Shown: positions 1-8,573 of the stretch, one piece after another
Position numbering within the stretch: the first letter of the stretch is position 1
Layout: each line of letters starts with the position of its first letter
Made by a program: the position numbers and the translations under genes
Notes under the pieces: model-generated
The model's input: only the letters and a program-made list of their open reading frames with translations
What the model was told of the DNA's origin: nothing
Databases searched by the model: none
Assembly: GCA_964519725.1 (NCBI GenBank)
Contig: CAZFKS010000004.1
Coordinates: 11,848 to 75,847, forward strand
Direction: 5' to 3'
Length of the DNA: 64,000 nt
Origin: an uncultured Gammaproteobacteria bacterium
GTDB lineage: Bacteria; Patescibacteriota; Patescibacteriia; Magasanikbacterales; UBA922

Positions 1-1222
1 TTGGTGTCAAAATTGCTGTGCCTTTTTTGGGAGTTAAAATATTTTTAATACCAGTTGTTTCTGATTCCGTTGGATTGCTCGCTACCTGCGCTCCGACTGG
101 AGTGAACACATTTTTAATCGCACTGTTAATGGCGATAAAATTTCCAGTTTTTGGGGCCAGCATAAATGCGCCACCATCTGAAAAATAATTTACTAAAAAG
201 CCATTTGGACTAGTGTCTAAGACCATGGAATTAACATTTTCTGTGCCAATACTTTTGCCTAGGCGAGCAAGTGAAACTAACTCACTAAATTCCATGTTAG
301 TGGTCAGGTGGCTTTCTAGGTCAGTTAAAATATTAGTCACAGTAATTGGATTGGCAATTACACCCACATCAGTAATTTGATCTTTGAGCGCAGTTAGGAT
401 TTTTTGTTGACGGCGAGCGCGCGCAAAATCTGAACCCTCACCATTGTTACCGTGACGTGAGCGGGCAAAAGTGAGCGCAGTCTTACCATCCAAAGTTTGT
501 TCACCAGCTTTAAAGGTAACGGTTTGATATTCACTATTTGGGGCTGGGAACATTGGGTCAGTAAAAGCTTGGTCAACGGTAACTTTCACACCGCCAAGTT
601 CGTCAATAATTTCTTCAAAGGCTTTGAAATCCAAGCGAATGTAATACGGAATATCAAGGTCAAAAGTTTTGGAAATTAATTCAGTCGCGGCTGCCCCACC
701 CCAATCTGGTTGCTTAAGTTCGCCGTAGGCATTCACGTGATTAATTTTTTGTTGACCATAACCAGGAATAGAAACGCCTAGGTCGCGCGGAATGGAAATG
801 AGCGCAATTTGTTTAGTGGATGGTTTGATGCTGGCAATCATGATGGTGTCAGTCAAATATGGACCGTCATGACCAGCGCCGCCCATACCCAGAAGGAGAA
901 CATTAATCCGGTCATCTTTGGCCCCAGCTAGGTCTGCACCAGTGTCGTCATGGTTAAACGCGAGTAAACTAATTTTTTTTAAAAGATTTTGTGGTTTTTT
1001 TGGTTCCAAAGTAACACGGCTGCGCACATCATCACCTGGACTACTTAAAACATGATTTAACCACAAGTAACCAAAAAGTAGCCCAAATCCAACCAAGGCT
1101 AACAATAAAAATAGCGCTGGGCGCCGGCGTTTAGGTTGGCTTTCGGGAGGAGCAGACTGAGAGGGAGAGGATGACTCTGAAGCGCTCGCACCGGTCATAA
1201 AATTGATCGCGTTTGGTGCCAT
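1..1222 (-). CDS. LCP (LytR-CpsA-Psr) family cell-envelope phosphotransferase, truncated at window edge
   Basis: Manual translation from ATG 1222 (not in the ORF track): N-terminal TM, then INVLLLGMGG..GPYLTDTIMIASI..ALISIPRDL..KINH..ALTFARSRH..SDFARARRQQ, typical LCP motifs. Confidence 0.9.
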   Translation of the reverse strand, partial: MAPNAINFMTGASASESSSPSQSAPPESQPKRRRPALFLLLALVGFGLLFGYLWLNHVLSSPGDDVRSRVTLEPKKPQNLLKKISLLAFNHDDTGADLAGAKDDRINVLLLGMGGAGHDGPYLTDTIMIASIKPSTKQIALISIPRDLGVSIPGYGQQKINHVNAYGELKQPDWGGAAATELISKTFDLDIPYYIRLDFKAFEEIIDELGGVKVTVDQAFTDPMFPAPNSEYQTVTFKAGEQTLDGKTALTFARSRHGNNGEGSDFARARRQQKILTALKDQITDVGVIANPITVTNILTDLESHLTTNMEFSELVSLARLGKSIGTENVNSMVLDTSPNGFLVNYFSDGGAFMLAPKTGNFIAINSAIKNVFTPVGAQVASNPTESETTGIKNILTPKKGTAILTP

Positions 1223-1324
1223 AGTTGTTCTTATTATAGCCAAAAATTCGGGTTTTGGCAATGGGCTTGATTTTCTATTTTTATTTGCTATGATAAGCGA
1301 TAATTTTGGGACGGAGGTAGCCCG

Positions 1325-1771
1325 ATGGACATGTTCCGGTTCAATCCGGGTTTGGCCGGTGTGTACGCACAGGTTGGCGTGATCGTCGAGGCTATGCACC
1401 TCCTGGCAGACGCAATTGCGACTGCGCCTGGTGGTTATAACCCGTACATCACGCTGCGACAGCAATTGGACAGCCGGAGGCGTTCCCTCAGAGAGCATGC
1501 TGAACACGTGACCGACCTCTTGAAGGTGGTCAGTCAGAGTTTTATGACCCTGCATTACCTGTTCGAGGGCGGTGAGCTGAGCGAAAGCCTCAGCTTCCAG
1601 TTGTCCTTCTGGCCGCTCTTTGATTGGGCCAGGAAGCACTTCCTCAACGAGGCTGGCTACGACACCAAGTGTGAGACCTTGCTCAACCAGATGGTTGAGA
1701 CCACGTTCAAGCTCAATGAAGTGTTGGTTCGGATCGAGGACGTGATCCGGTCGGAGAACATCCTGCAGTGA
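1325..1771 (+). CDS. Hypothetical helical protein (GC-rich cassette A)
   Basis: 148-aa ORF with GGAGG upstream, own promoter (TTGATT 1267, TATGAT 1289) and own terminator. Confidence 0.7.
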   Translation: MDMFRFNPGLAGVYAQVGVIVEAMHLLADAIATAPGGYNPYITLRQQLDSRRRSLREHAEHVTDLLKVVSQSFMTLHYLFEGGELSESLSFQLSFWPLFDWARKHFLNEAGYDTKCETLLNQMVETTFKLNEVLVRIEDVIRSENILQ

Positions 1772-1801
1772 CACATCAGACCAAAACGAAAGGAGGTGCA
1801 C

Positions 1802-1831
1802 AAAAAAAGATAGTCACGACTGTCTTTTTTT
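1802..1831 (+). terminator. Intrinsic terminator of cassette A
   Basis: A-tract, agatagtc-ac-gactgtct inverted repeat, T-tract. Confidence 0.65.
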
Positions 1832-1847
1832 GTTATAATTTCTTTAT

Positions 1848-2357
1848 ATGCCGCAAATTATTGGAAAACCAGGAGTTGAAGTAATGACTGGCAGTGTGCT
1901 GCACACTTGGCAAGTCACTGAATACGAACGTCATGATCGGCCAACCGCTTGGTACGTGGTTATGCTTATTGTTGGAGTGTTTTTGGTGGGTTATGGGCTC
2001 CTGACTAATAATTTTTTGTTTGCCCTGATTGTGGTTTTGTTTGCGATTATTATGTTTTTGCAATCGCACCAAGAACCACACCAAATTCCATTTACCATTA
2101 CTGATTTAGGGGTAATTATTAACAATCGGTTTTATCCGTATTCAGAAATTTCGGATTTTTATATTATTTATAATACAGAAGTAAAAATTTTATTTTTGGA
2201 GCCAGAAAGTAGCCTACGGCCCCGCATTCGCGTGAGCCTTATTGACCAGGATCCACTTGAGATTAAGTTCACTTTGCGCCAGTATTTAATGGAAAATACG
2301 AGCAAAGAAGAGGAGCCGTTTTCTGACCGGATTGCCCGGGAGTGGAAGCTTCATTGA
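1848..2357 (+). CDS. Conserved hypothetical membrane protein (2 TM plus PH-like domain)
   Basis: W..EY..R...WY motif, two hydrophobic helices, then ITDLGVIINNRFYPYSEI; resembles a common CPR family. Confidence 0.7.
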   Translation: MPQIIGKPGVEVMTGSVLHTWQVTEYERHDRPTAWYVVMLIVGVFLVGYGLLTNNFLFALIVVLFAIIMFLQSHQEPHQIPFTITDLGVIINNRFYPYSEISDFYIIYNTEVKILFLEPESSLRPRIRVSLIDQDPLEIKFTLRQYLMENTSKEEEPFSDRIAREWKLH

Positions 2358-2396
2358 CTTTTTCCGCGCGTTTGCTATACTGATGGGGCTAAATAA

Positions 2397-2471
2397 GCAC
2401 CCGTCGTTCAATGGATAGGACAAGAGTTTGCGGAACTCTAGATCTAAGTTCGATTCTTAGCGGGTGCACCA
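2397..2471 (+). tRNA. tRNA-Arg (GCG)
   Basis: Acceptor gcacccg/cgggtgc, anticodon arm agagt-ttGCGga-actct, TTCGA T-loop, encoded CCA. Confidence 0.93.
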
Positions 2472-2527
2472 CTAGACTACCTTAAGAGGTGGTTTTTTGT
2501 TTCTTGGGGAAATGTTAAAATAAAAGC

Positions 2528-4561
2528 ATGCTCAAACTAGAAACTTCAGTTACTGAAATTAACCGAGTGGGGGAGACTTTGGCCGCGCGCCTGAAGCGCC
2601 TGGGAATTTTTACGGTGCGCGATCTTTTGTATTATTTTCCGTTTCGGTATGAAGATTTTTCACAGGTGAGTCAGATTCGGGGCCTACAGGCAAATCAATT
2701 GGTGACAATTGCGGTGCGAATTGAAATGATTGCGGCCAAGCGGAGTCCGCGTCGGCGTGCGCTTCTCACTGAAGCCGTGGTGTCAGACGCAAGTGACCGA
2801 TTAAAAGTGGTGTGGTTTAATCAGCCTTATATTGCCAAAACTTTGGCCGTTGGTGACCAGGTGTATTTGTCTGGCAAAGTGACCGTGGATCGATACGGGA
2901 TTTCTTTAGTCAATCCTAGTTATGAGCGGATTAAGCCAGATACAGTGCATACCGCGCGCGTGGTGCCGCTCTATCCACTGACTGATGGGGTGACGCAAAA
3001 ACAATTGCGGTATTTGCTGAGTGAGGTGATTGGTCTCGCGGCGGAAGTGCCAGAGTGGATTCCAGATGAAATTTTAAAACGAGTGGAATTAATTTCTTTG
3101 CCCGAAGCGCTTAAAGAAATTCATTTTCCAGTTAATCAAAAAAGTTTAGCCACTAGTTTAGCGCGGTTAAAATTTGATGAATTATTTTTACTGCAACTGC
3201 GCGCGGAAATGTTGCGGCAGCAATTGGCGCGGGTGAAAGCACCAGTGATTAAATTTTTGGCTGACAAAATTAAAAATTTTGTGGCTGGTTTACCATTTGA
3301 ATTAACCAAAGACCAGCGCGTGGCCGCCTGGGAAATTTTTCAGGATTTGGAAAAAAGCGAACCAATGAATCGGCTGCTGGAAGGTGACGTTGGGTCAGGA
3401 AAAACCGCGGTCGCGGCTATGGCCTTGTTTTTAGCCGCTGAAACTGGGCATCAAGCCGCGCTAATGGCGCCAACGGAAATTTTGGCGAACCAACATTTTG
3501 AAACACTCAGTAAATTTTTTGCAAATAATAATTTTTCAATTAAATTAGTAACGCACAGTAAAGTGGCGAAAAAAAGTGATCGGGAAAAATTATATGAAGA
3601 AATTAAAAGTGGGGAAATTAACATTGTGATTGGGACGCACGCGTTACTTTCTGAGGGTGTGGAATTTAAAAATTTAGGTCTAGTAATTGTAGATGAACAG
3701 CATCGGTTTGGGGTGGCACAGCGGCGATTAGTAAAAGAAAAATCTGGTTTAAAAAACGCGGAGCCGCATTTTTTAAGTATGACCGCGACCCCAATTCCGC
3801 GGTCACTGGCGCTCACTTTGTATGGGGATTTGGCCTTGTCGCAACTGCGCGAAAAACCAGCTGGCCGATTACCAATTAAAACACGGGTGGTGGCGCCACA
3901 CCAGCGCCAAAAGGCGTATGAATTTATTCGCGAGCAAGTAAAAAATGGGCGACAAGTATTTGTCATTTGTCCAACCATTAATGCTGATGAAAAAAAGTCA
4001 GTGACCGTTGAGTATGAACATTTGGCCAATGATGTGTTTAAAGAATTACGGGTCGGATTTTTACATGGCAAAATGAAAGCAGTGGAAAAAGACGCAGCTA
4101 TGACCGCGTTTGCTAGTGGTGCAATTGATATTTTGGTAGCCACGTCAGTGGTAGAAGTAGGGGTGAATATTCCAAACGCCACCGTAATGATGATTGAGGG
4201 TGCTGAAGCGTTTGGACTTGCTCAATTACACCAATTCCGTGGACGGGTGGGTCGGAGTGATTGGCAATCATATTGTTTTTTATTTACTGATTCAGATTCT
4301 GAAAAAGCGAATCAACGTTTGGCATTTTTTGAAAAAACTACGGATGGTTTTGAATTGGCTGAATTTGATTTGGAAACGCGCGGACCAGGTGAAGTGTATG
4401 GCACGGTCCAAAGTGGGCTCATGCAATTAAAATTAGCGACTCTCCAGGACACTGATTTGATTAAAAAAGCGCGCGCGGCAGCCCGGGGGATTGATTTTAA
4501 AAAATATCCAGATTTGAAAAAAGCCGCGGCCAAGTGGGAAGCAGAAACGCACCGTGAATAA
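2528..4561 (+). CDS. recG: ATP-dependent DNA helicase RecG
   Basis: RLLEGDVGSGKT, DEQHRFGV, MTATPIPRSL, QLHQFRGRVGR, wedge domain. Confidence 0.97.
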   Translation: MLKLETSVTEINRVGETLAARLKRLGIFTVRDLLYYFPFRYEDFSQVSQIRGLQANQLVTIAVRIEMIAAKRSPRRRALLTEAVVSDASDRLKVVWFNQPYIAKTLAVGDQVYLSGKVTVDRYGISLVNPSYERIKPDTVHTARVVPLYPLTDGVTQKQLRYLLSEVIGLAAEVPEWIPDEILKRVELISLPEALKEIHFPVNQKSLATSLARLKFDELFLLQLRAEMLRQQLARVKAPVIKFLADKIKNFVAGLPFELTKDQRVAAWEIFQDLEKSEPMNRLLEGDVGSGKTAVAAMALFLAAETGHQAALMAPTEILANQHFETLSKFFANNNFSIKLVTHSKVAKKSDREKLYEEIKSGEINIVIGTHALLSEGVEFKNLGLVIVDEQHRFGVAQRRLVKEKSGLKNAEPHFLSMTATPIPRSLALTLYGDLALSQLREKPAGRLPIKTRVVAPHQRQKAYEFIREQVKNGRQVFVICPTINADEKKSVTVEYEHLANDVFKELRVGFLHGKMKAVEKDAAMTAFASGAIDILVATSVVEVGVNIPNATVMMIEGAEAFGLAQLHQFRGRVGRSDWQSYCFLFTDSDSEKANQRLAFFEKTTDGFELAEFDLETRGPGEVYGTVQSGLMQLKLATLQDTDLIKKARAAARGIDFKKYPDLKKAAAKWEAETHRE

Positions 4562-4664
4562 AAAAGGGAAAACACTGATCAATCAAGTTCAAAGCTTGAC
4601 TTTTTTAATGTTTAATTGTATTTTCTTCATTAATTGGGCGACGATGCCCTAGAGGGAGAGAGCC

Positions 4665-4823
4665 GTGTGGATGATGGTCAACGTAAGCGGCAAGGTTAAG
4701 GAAGTCTGGATCTCCGAGGAAACAAAGGAGAAGCTAACCAGGCCCATCAAAGCTGATGGTCTACACCTGATTGGTTCTAGCTCTGGCGGAGGGCGTGTTC
4801 CTCCGCACGCACCGCGCCGTTAG
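4665..4823 (+). CDS. Small hypothetical protein, 52 aa (GC-rich cassette B)
   Basis: GTG start after GAGGGAGAG; MWMMVNVSGKVKEVWISEETKEKLTRPIKADGLHLIGSSSGGGRVPPHAPRR*; below the ORF-track size cutoff; promoter TTGACT 4596. Confidence 0.5.
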   Translation: MWMMVNVSGKVKEVWISEETKEKLTRPIKADGLHLIGSSSGGGRVPPHAPRR

Positions 4824-4939
4824 CGACCACGAGAGTGTCGCGGTCCCGCTAGGGATTCCACGCTGGTCGAGGCTTATCGCCTCCCAGCCTGCCCTCCAAG
4901 AGCGGCCGACTGCTCGTGGAAGGCAGTCAAATCATAAAT

Positions 4940-4971
4940 AAAAGCCTCTGACTAAATGTCAGAGGCTTTTT
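4940..4971 (+). terminator. Intrinsic terminator of cassette B
   Basis: aaaagcctctgac-taaat-gtcagaggcttttt. Confidence 0.8.
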
Positions 4972-5059
4972 AACTTGACTTTTTTGGTTTTGGGTGATTT
5001 AATCGCGCCTACGCCCAGCGGACTAGCTACCCGCAAGACATGGGCGCGAGGAGATCTCC

Positions 5060-5257
5060 ATGAGTGAAGATGGCGGCGTTAAGCCGACCAAGCCCGGGGT
5101 GATTCGTCCCGGAAACCCCCCGAAAGGGGGCGAAGACGACTCGGGACCGACCACGGTCCCGGAGACGCCGAGATCACGGCGTCGAGTGCCTCGGTCCCTA
5201 CGCACGCCGGGCAGTGACTACGTGCGCGCCCCTGGCCTGACAGAGGGCGAGCCGTAA
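5060..5257 (+). CDS. Small Pro/Gly/Arg-rich hypothetical protein within a highly structured transcript (cassette C)
   Basis: GAGGAG 6 nt before ATG; promoter TTGACT 4975 / TTTAAT 4998; may instead or also be an ncRNA. Confidence 0.4.
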   Translation: MSEDGGVKPTKPGVIRPGNPPKGGEDDSGPTTVPETPRSRRRVPRSLRTPGSDYVRAPGLTEGEP

Positions 5258-5373
5258 AGGGTGACACTGTCGCCACCCCGCCAAACTGCGGGGGCAGATT
5301 CCGCTTGATTCGCTCGCAAGAGTTCGAGTCAACAACACTCTCGGCCGCAGCGGAAGCGGCCAAATCCAAAATT

Positions 5374-5400
5374 AAAAAAAGCCCCGTGGTGGGGCTTTTT
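5374..5400. terminator. Bidirectional terminator between cassette C and radA
   Basis: aaaaaaagcccc-gtggt-ggggcttttt. Confidence 0.8.
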
Positions 5401-5412
5401 AAATTAAACTTT

Positions 5413-6762
5413 TTAAGTGTGCGTAATTAATTCCGCAATATTTTTTACTTTGAGAATTCTTAAACTATCATCTTTTGTTTGTACACTCGCGGCAGTGATC
5501 ACACGCTTCATTCCCAGTGACGCTGCTTCACGGATACGTTTGTCTGAACTGGAAATCTGACGAACCTCACCACCCAAACCAACTTCACCAAAAACTACTA
5601 AATCATTGCCCAAGGCTTTGTCTTTGAATGAACTGGCAATGGCTAGGCACACGGCTAAATCAGCGCCTGGCTCACTAGCGCGCACACCACCAACAATGTT
5701 CACGTAAATGTCGTATTGGCCTAATTGGAGGCCAGCATTTTTTTCCAGGACTGCAGTTAAAACATGTAAACGATTTAAATCAAACCCCGAGGCTTTACGA
5801 ACCGGATAACCAAATACCGTTTTATTTACCAGCGCCTGAACCTCGATGAGCATTGGGCGCGTGCCTTCAAGTAAACAGGTTAAAATACTGCCTGGCACTG
5901 ATTCGCCGCGATCAGCAATGAATACGCCTGCAGGATTTTTGATTTCCGTGAGACCAGATTCGCGCATTTCAAAAATACCAACTTCATCAGTAGCGCCAAA
6001 GCGATTTTTAACGGTGCGGAGTAGACGATAACTGTGGTGACGCTCGCCCTCAAGATATAAAACCGTGTCCACCAAATGTTCAAGAGTGCGCGGACCAGCC
6101 ACTGTGCCTTCTTTGGTCACATGACCAATAATGACAATGGCAATGTTGTAAGTTTTGGCTACATTTAATAATTTGGTGGCCGCAGCGCGGACTTGGGTTG
6201 GGTTGCCAGTTTCACCGGGTAGGTCACTGGAACTAATGGTTTGAATAGAATCAACAATCGCAATGGCGGGCTTTTCGGCTACAATGGTGGCAGTAATAGT
6301 ATCAACATCAGTTTCTGACAGTACTAAAATTTGACCACTGTTTGGCGTGATCCGTTCCGCGCGCAGTTTAATTTGTTCAGCCGATTCTTCCCCAGAAATA
6401 TAGAGAGCGGGTGAAAGTAGGGAAGTCAGTTGGAGGGCCAAGGTGGATTTACCAATCCCAGGTTCTCCGCCTAGTAAAATAAGTGAGCCTGGGACAATCC
6501 CGCCGCCTAACACGCGGTCTAATTCACCTAGGCCAGTGGCCCGGCGTGGTGTATCTGAGGGTTTTACGCTACTCAGCGGGGTGGTTTTGCCAGCTTGTTT
6601 TTTAATTTCAGTGGCAGACGGAATTCCCGCTTTGGTTGGGGCGCTACTAATTGGTTCCTGGGGAATAGTGCCCCACTGACCACATTCTAAACAGCGCCCA
6701 GCCCATTTATGGTACTGCGCGCCGCAATGTGAACACTCGTAGATTGCTTCTGGCTTGGCCAT
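5413..6762 (-). CDS. radA: DNA repair protein RadA/Sms
   Basis: C4 zinc finger, GEPGIGKST, KNRFG motif, Lon-like C-terminus. Confidence 0.97.
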   Translation of the reverse strand: MAKPEAIYECSHCGAQYHKWAGRCLECGQWGTIPQEPISSAPTKAGIPSATEIKKQAGKTTPLSSVKPSDTPRRATGLGELDRVLGGGIVPGSLILLGGEPGIGKSTLALQLTSLLSPALYISGEESAEQIKLRAERITPNSGQILVLSETDVDTITATIVAEKPAIAIVDSIQTISSSDLPGETGNPTQVRAAATKLLNVAKTYNIAIVIIGHVTKEGTVAGPRTLEHLVDTVLYLEGERHHSYRLLRTVKNRFGATDEVGIFEMRESGLTEIKNPAGVFIADRGESVPGSILTCLLEGTRPMLIEVQALVNKTVFGYPVRKASGFDLNRLHVLTAVLEKNAGLQLGQYDIYVNIVGGVRASEPGADLAVCLAIASSFKDKALGNDLVVFGEVGLGGEVRQISSSDKRIREAASLGMKRVITAASVQTKDDSLRILKVKNIAELITHT

Positions 6763-8573
6763 TAAATTTTATTTATGCATTTCTCGTACAGTGGAAAGGC
6801 TTTAGTAACGTAACTGAAATTTCTGACCTCGTCAATTGACTTAGCTAATTTTTTCTTAAACCCACCACAACCAGCATTGTAGGAAGCAAAGGTGCCTTTA
6901 ACCAGGTCGTCACCAGTTAAACCAGCTGCTTGCGCACAGGCATAATCATCTTTAACATGTAAGACAGTCACTTTGAGATTGGTGGTGGTATCAAGTAATT
7001 CAGGAATATTGTAACAGGTCTCTTTAATTTTTATGCCGCGCGCCCCATCGCAAGTACTGTTGCCATTAAAAGTGATTTGACCAGCCCCAAAACCATGAGT
7101 AAAGCGCCAATCTAGACCATAGTCAGGTGGGCTGTTGACAAATGTATCCGCATCATCGTTTATTGTTTTGGCTGAATTATATTTTTTATAATCATACTGA
7201 CTTGAGTCAGATACTGGTGGAGTAAAAGTCGCGCCACTGTATTTTTTACCACTGATTAAAAAAGTTTGACGGGCTTCAACTGGTTTAGTGTTGCGCCGGA
7301 AATTTTCATCATGACCAATTAAATTTTGTTTTCCACCTGATTCCATGGCCATGATGGTGTCCATGAAACATTTGGGCAGGCCAGCGTCTTGGCCAAATTT
7401 TTGCGCGTTGGCAATGGTCTCTGCTTGGCTGGGTGGGGCTGTGCCAGTAATTGATTGGAAAATGGCCGGGTCAATGGTGGTGTAATTAATTTCTTGCCCA
7501 AATACAAACGGTAAACTAATTTCCGCAAAGGAAACCAGCTTTGGGTTTACGGTGTATAAAATTGTGTACCCACCAATAGCGAGCATGAGGCCACTGATTG
7601 ATTGGACAATCATGGTGCGGGCTTCGTCTTTACTGCCGGTTGGAGTGGCCCACAAAAAGCCAGCAAAAATGAGCCGCGCTGTAGCGGCAATGCCAGCAAT
7701 GATGACAATGTATTTAAAACTGGCAGCTAAATATTCACCAATAAAAGGCATGGAAATAAAGACACTGCCGTCTGGTCTGGTTTCAACATCATCAACCGTT
7801 AAATTAGAAAAATTTAAACCGGGAATTTTAATTTTTGGAACCGGCTTAGAAACTAACGTTGCAATTTCATCATTACTTAATTTTTTTTGCACAATTTCGG
7901 CAGCTCCAGGAACTTCACTCGTAATACCTGAAGCACCAGAATTATTTAGGACAATTCCTTGTTGTGAACCAAAGCCTTCTTGGGTAATGGCCTGGAAAAT
8001 TAATTTATAACCAGTTGAATTGGTGTGCAGCACATCGCCACCATATTTTTCGTCCATGATATCATCGCCATTGGTGTCAAGGGTGTTGTAGAGATTGATA
8101 AACAAGTCAATTCCACCTGGTTTACCAGTCAGCCACGTATGATTTTTTTTCAAAAATTCAGCCTGCGCTTTATATGGTTGAGCACTGACCACAATGACGC
8201 GGGTATTTTGCGTTTCAGCCGCAGTGAAAATTTTCATTAAATTTTTTTGTCCAGTATTAACCGCGGCATTATCAATAAGGCCGTTCAGCCCTGCGTAGAT
8301 TACTAGGTCGGTGTAACCTTTGCCACTAACATTAGTTTCGTATTGCTTAACAAAATCAGCCGCATCGTCACCACTGTGTGCAAAACAATTAACGGTTGAG
8401 TCAGGCAAAAGTTCGGCTAATTTTTGGTCATAGTGGTAAGTTTTACACAGCGCTTCAAATGAAGATGAGCCGATCCAAGCAATTTTTTTACCTGCGGCTA
8501 AAGAAGAATAGGGAAGTAGGCTTAAAAGTAAGCTTAAACTCAGTACTATTTTTTTGACGTTTGCCAAGGTCAT
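6762..8573 (-). CDS. Secreted SGNH-hydrolase / T4SS-pilin-like / lytic transglycosylase (SLT) fusion protein
   Basis: Signal peptide; WIGSSS, HSG, AGLNG, DVLH (SGNH blocks); 2-TM hairpin ending YTILYTVNPKLV; AMESGG, GAGQI, ASYNAG (SLT motifs). Confidence 0.75.
   Translation of the reverse strand: MTLANVKKIVLSLSLLLSLLPYSSLAAGKKIAWIGSSSFEALCKTYHYDQKLAELLPDSTVNCFAHSGDDAADFVKQYETNVSGKGYTDLVIYAGLNGLIDNAAVNTGQKNLMKIFTAAETQNTRVIVVSAQPYKAQAEFLKKNHTWLTGKPGGIDLFINLYNTLDTNGDDIMDEKYGGDVLHTNSTGYKLIFQAITQEGFGSQQGIVLNNSGASGITSEVPGAAEIVQKKLSNDEIATLVSKPVPKIKIPGLNFSNLTVDDVETRPDGSVFISMPFIGEYLAASFKYIVIIAGIAATARLIFAGFLWATPTGSKDEARTMIVQSISGLMLAIGGYTILYTVNPKLVSFAEISLPFVFGQEINYTTIDPAIFQSITGTAPPSQAETIANAQKFGQDAGLPKCFMDTIMAMESGGKQNLIGHDENFRRNTKPVEARQTFLISGKKYSGATFTPPVSDSSQYDYKKYNSAKTINDDADTFVNSPPDYGLDWRFTHGFGAGQITFNGNSTCDGARGIKIKETCYNIPELLDTTTNLKVTVLHVKDDYACAQAAGLTGDDLVKGTFASYNAGCGGFKKKLAKSIDEVRNFSYVTKAFPLYEKCINKI

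Noticed and set aside
3451-4182. Long antisense or alternate-frame ORFs over recG and other core genes (also 34742-35143, 40059-40667, 48343-48798)
   Set aside because: Shadows of well-supported genes; no motifs or independent expression signals.
4975-5400. Possible RNase P RNA, tmRNA or SRP RNA
   Set aside because: No GAGGAAAGTCC/P4 motif, no tRNA-like ends with CCA, no SRP GGAA-loop motif seen.
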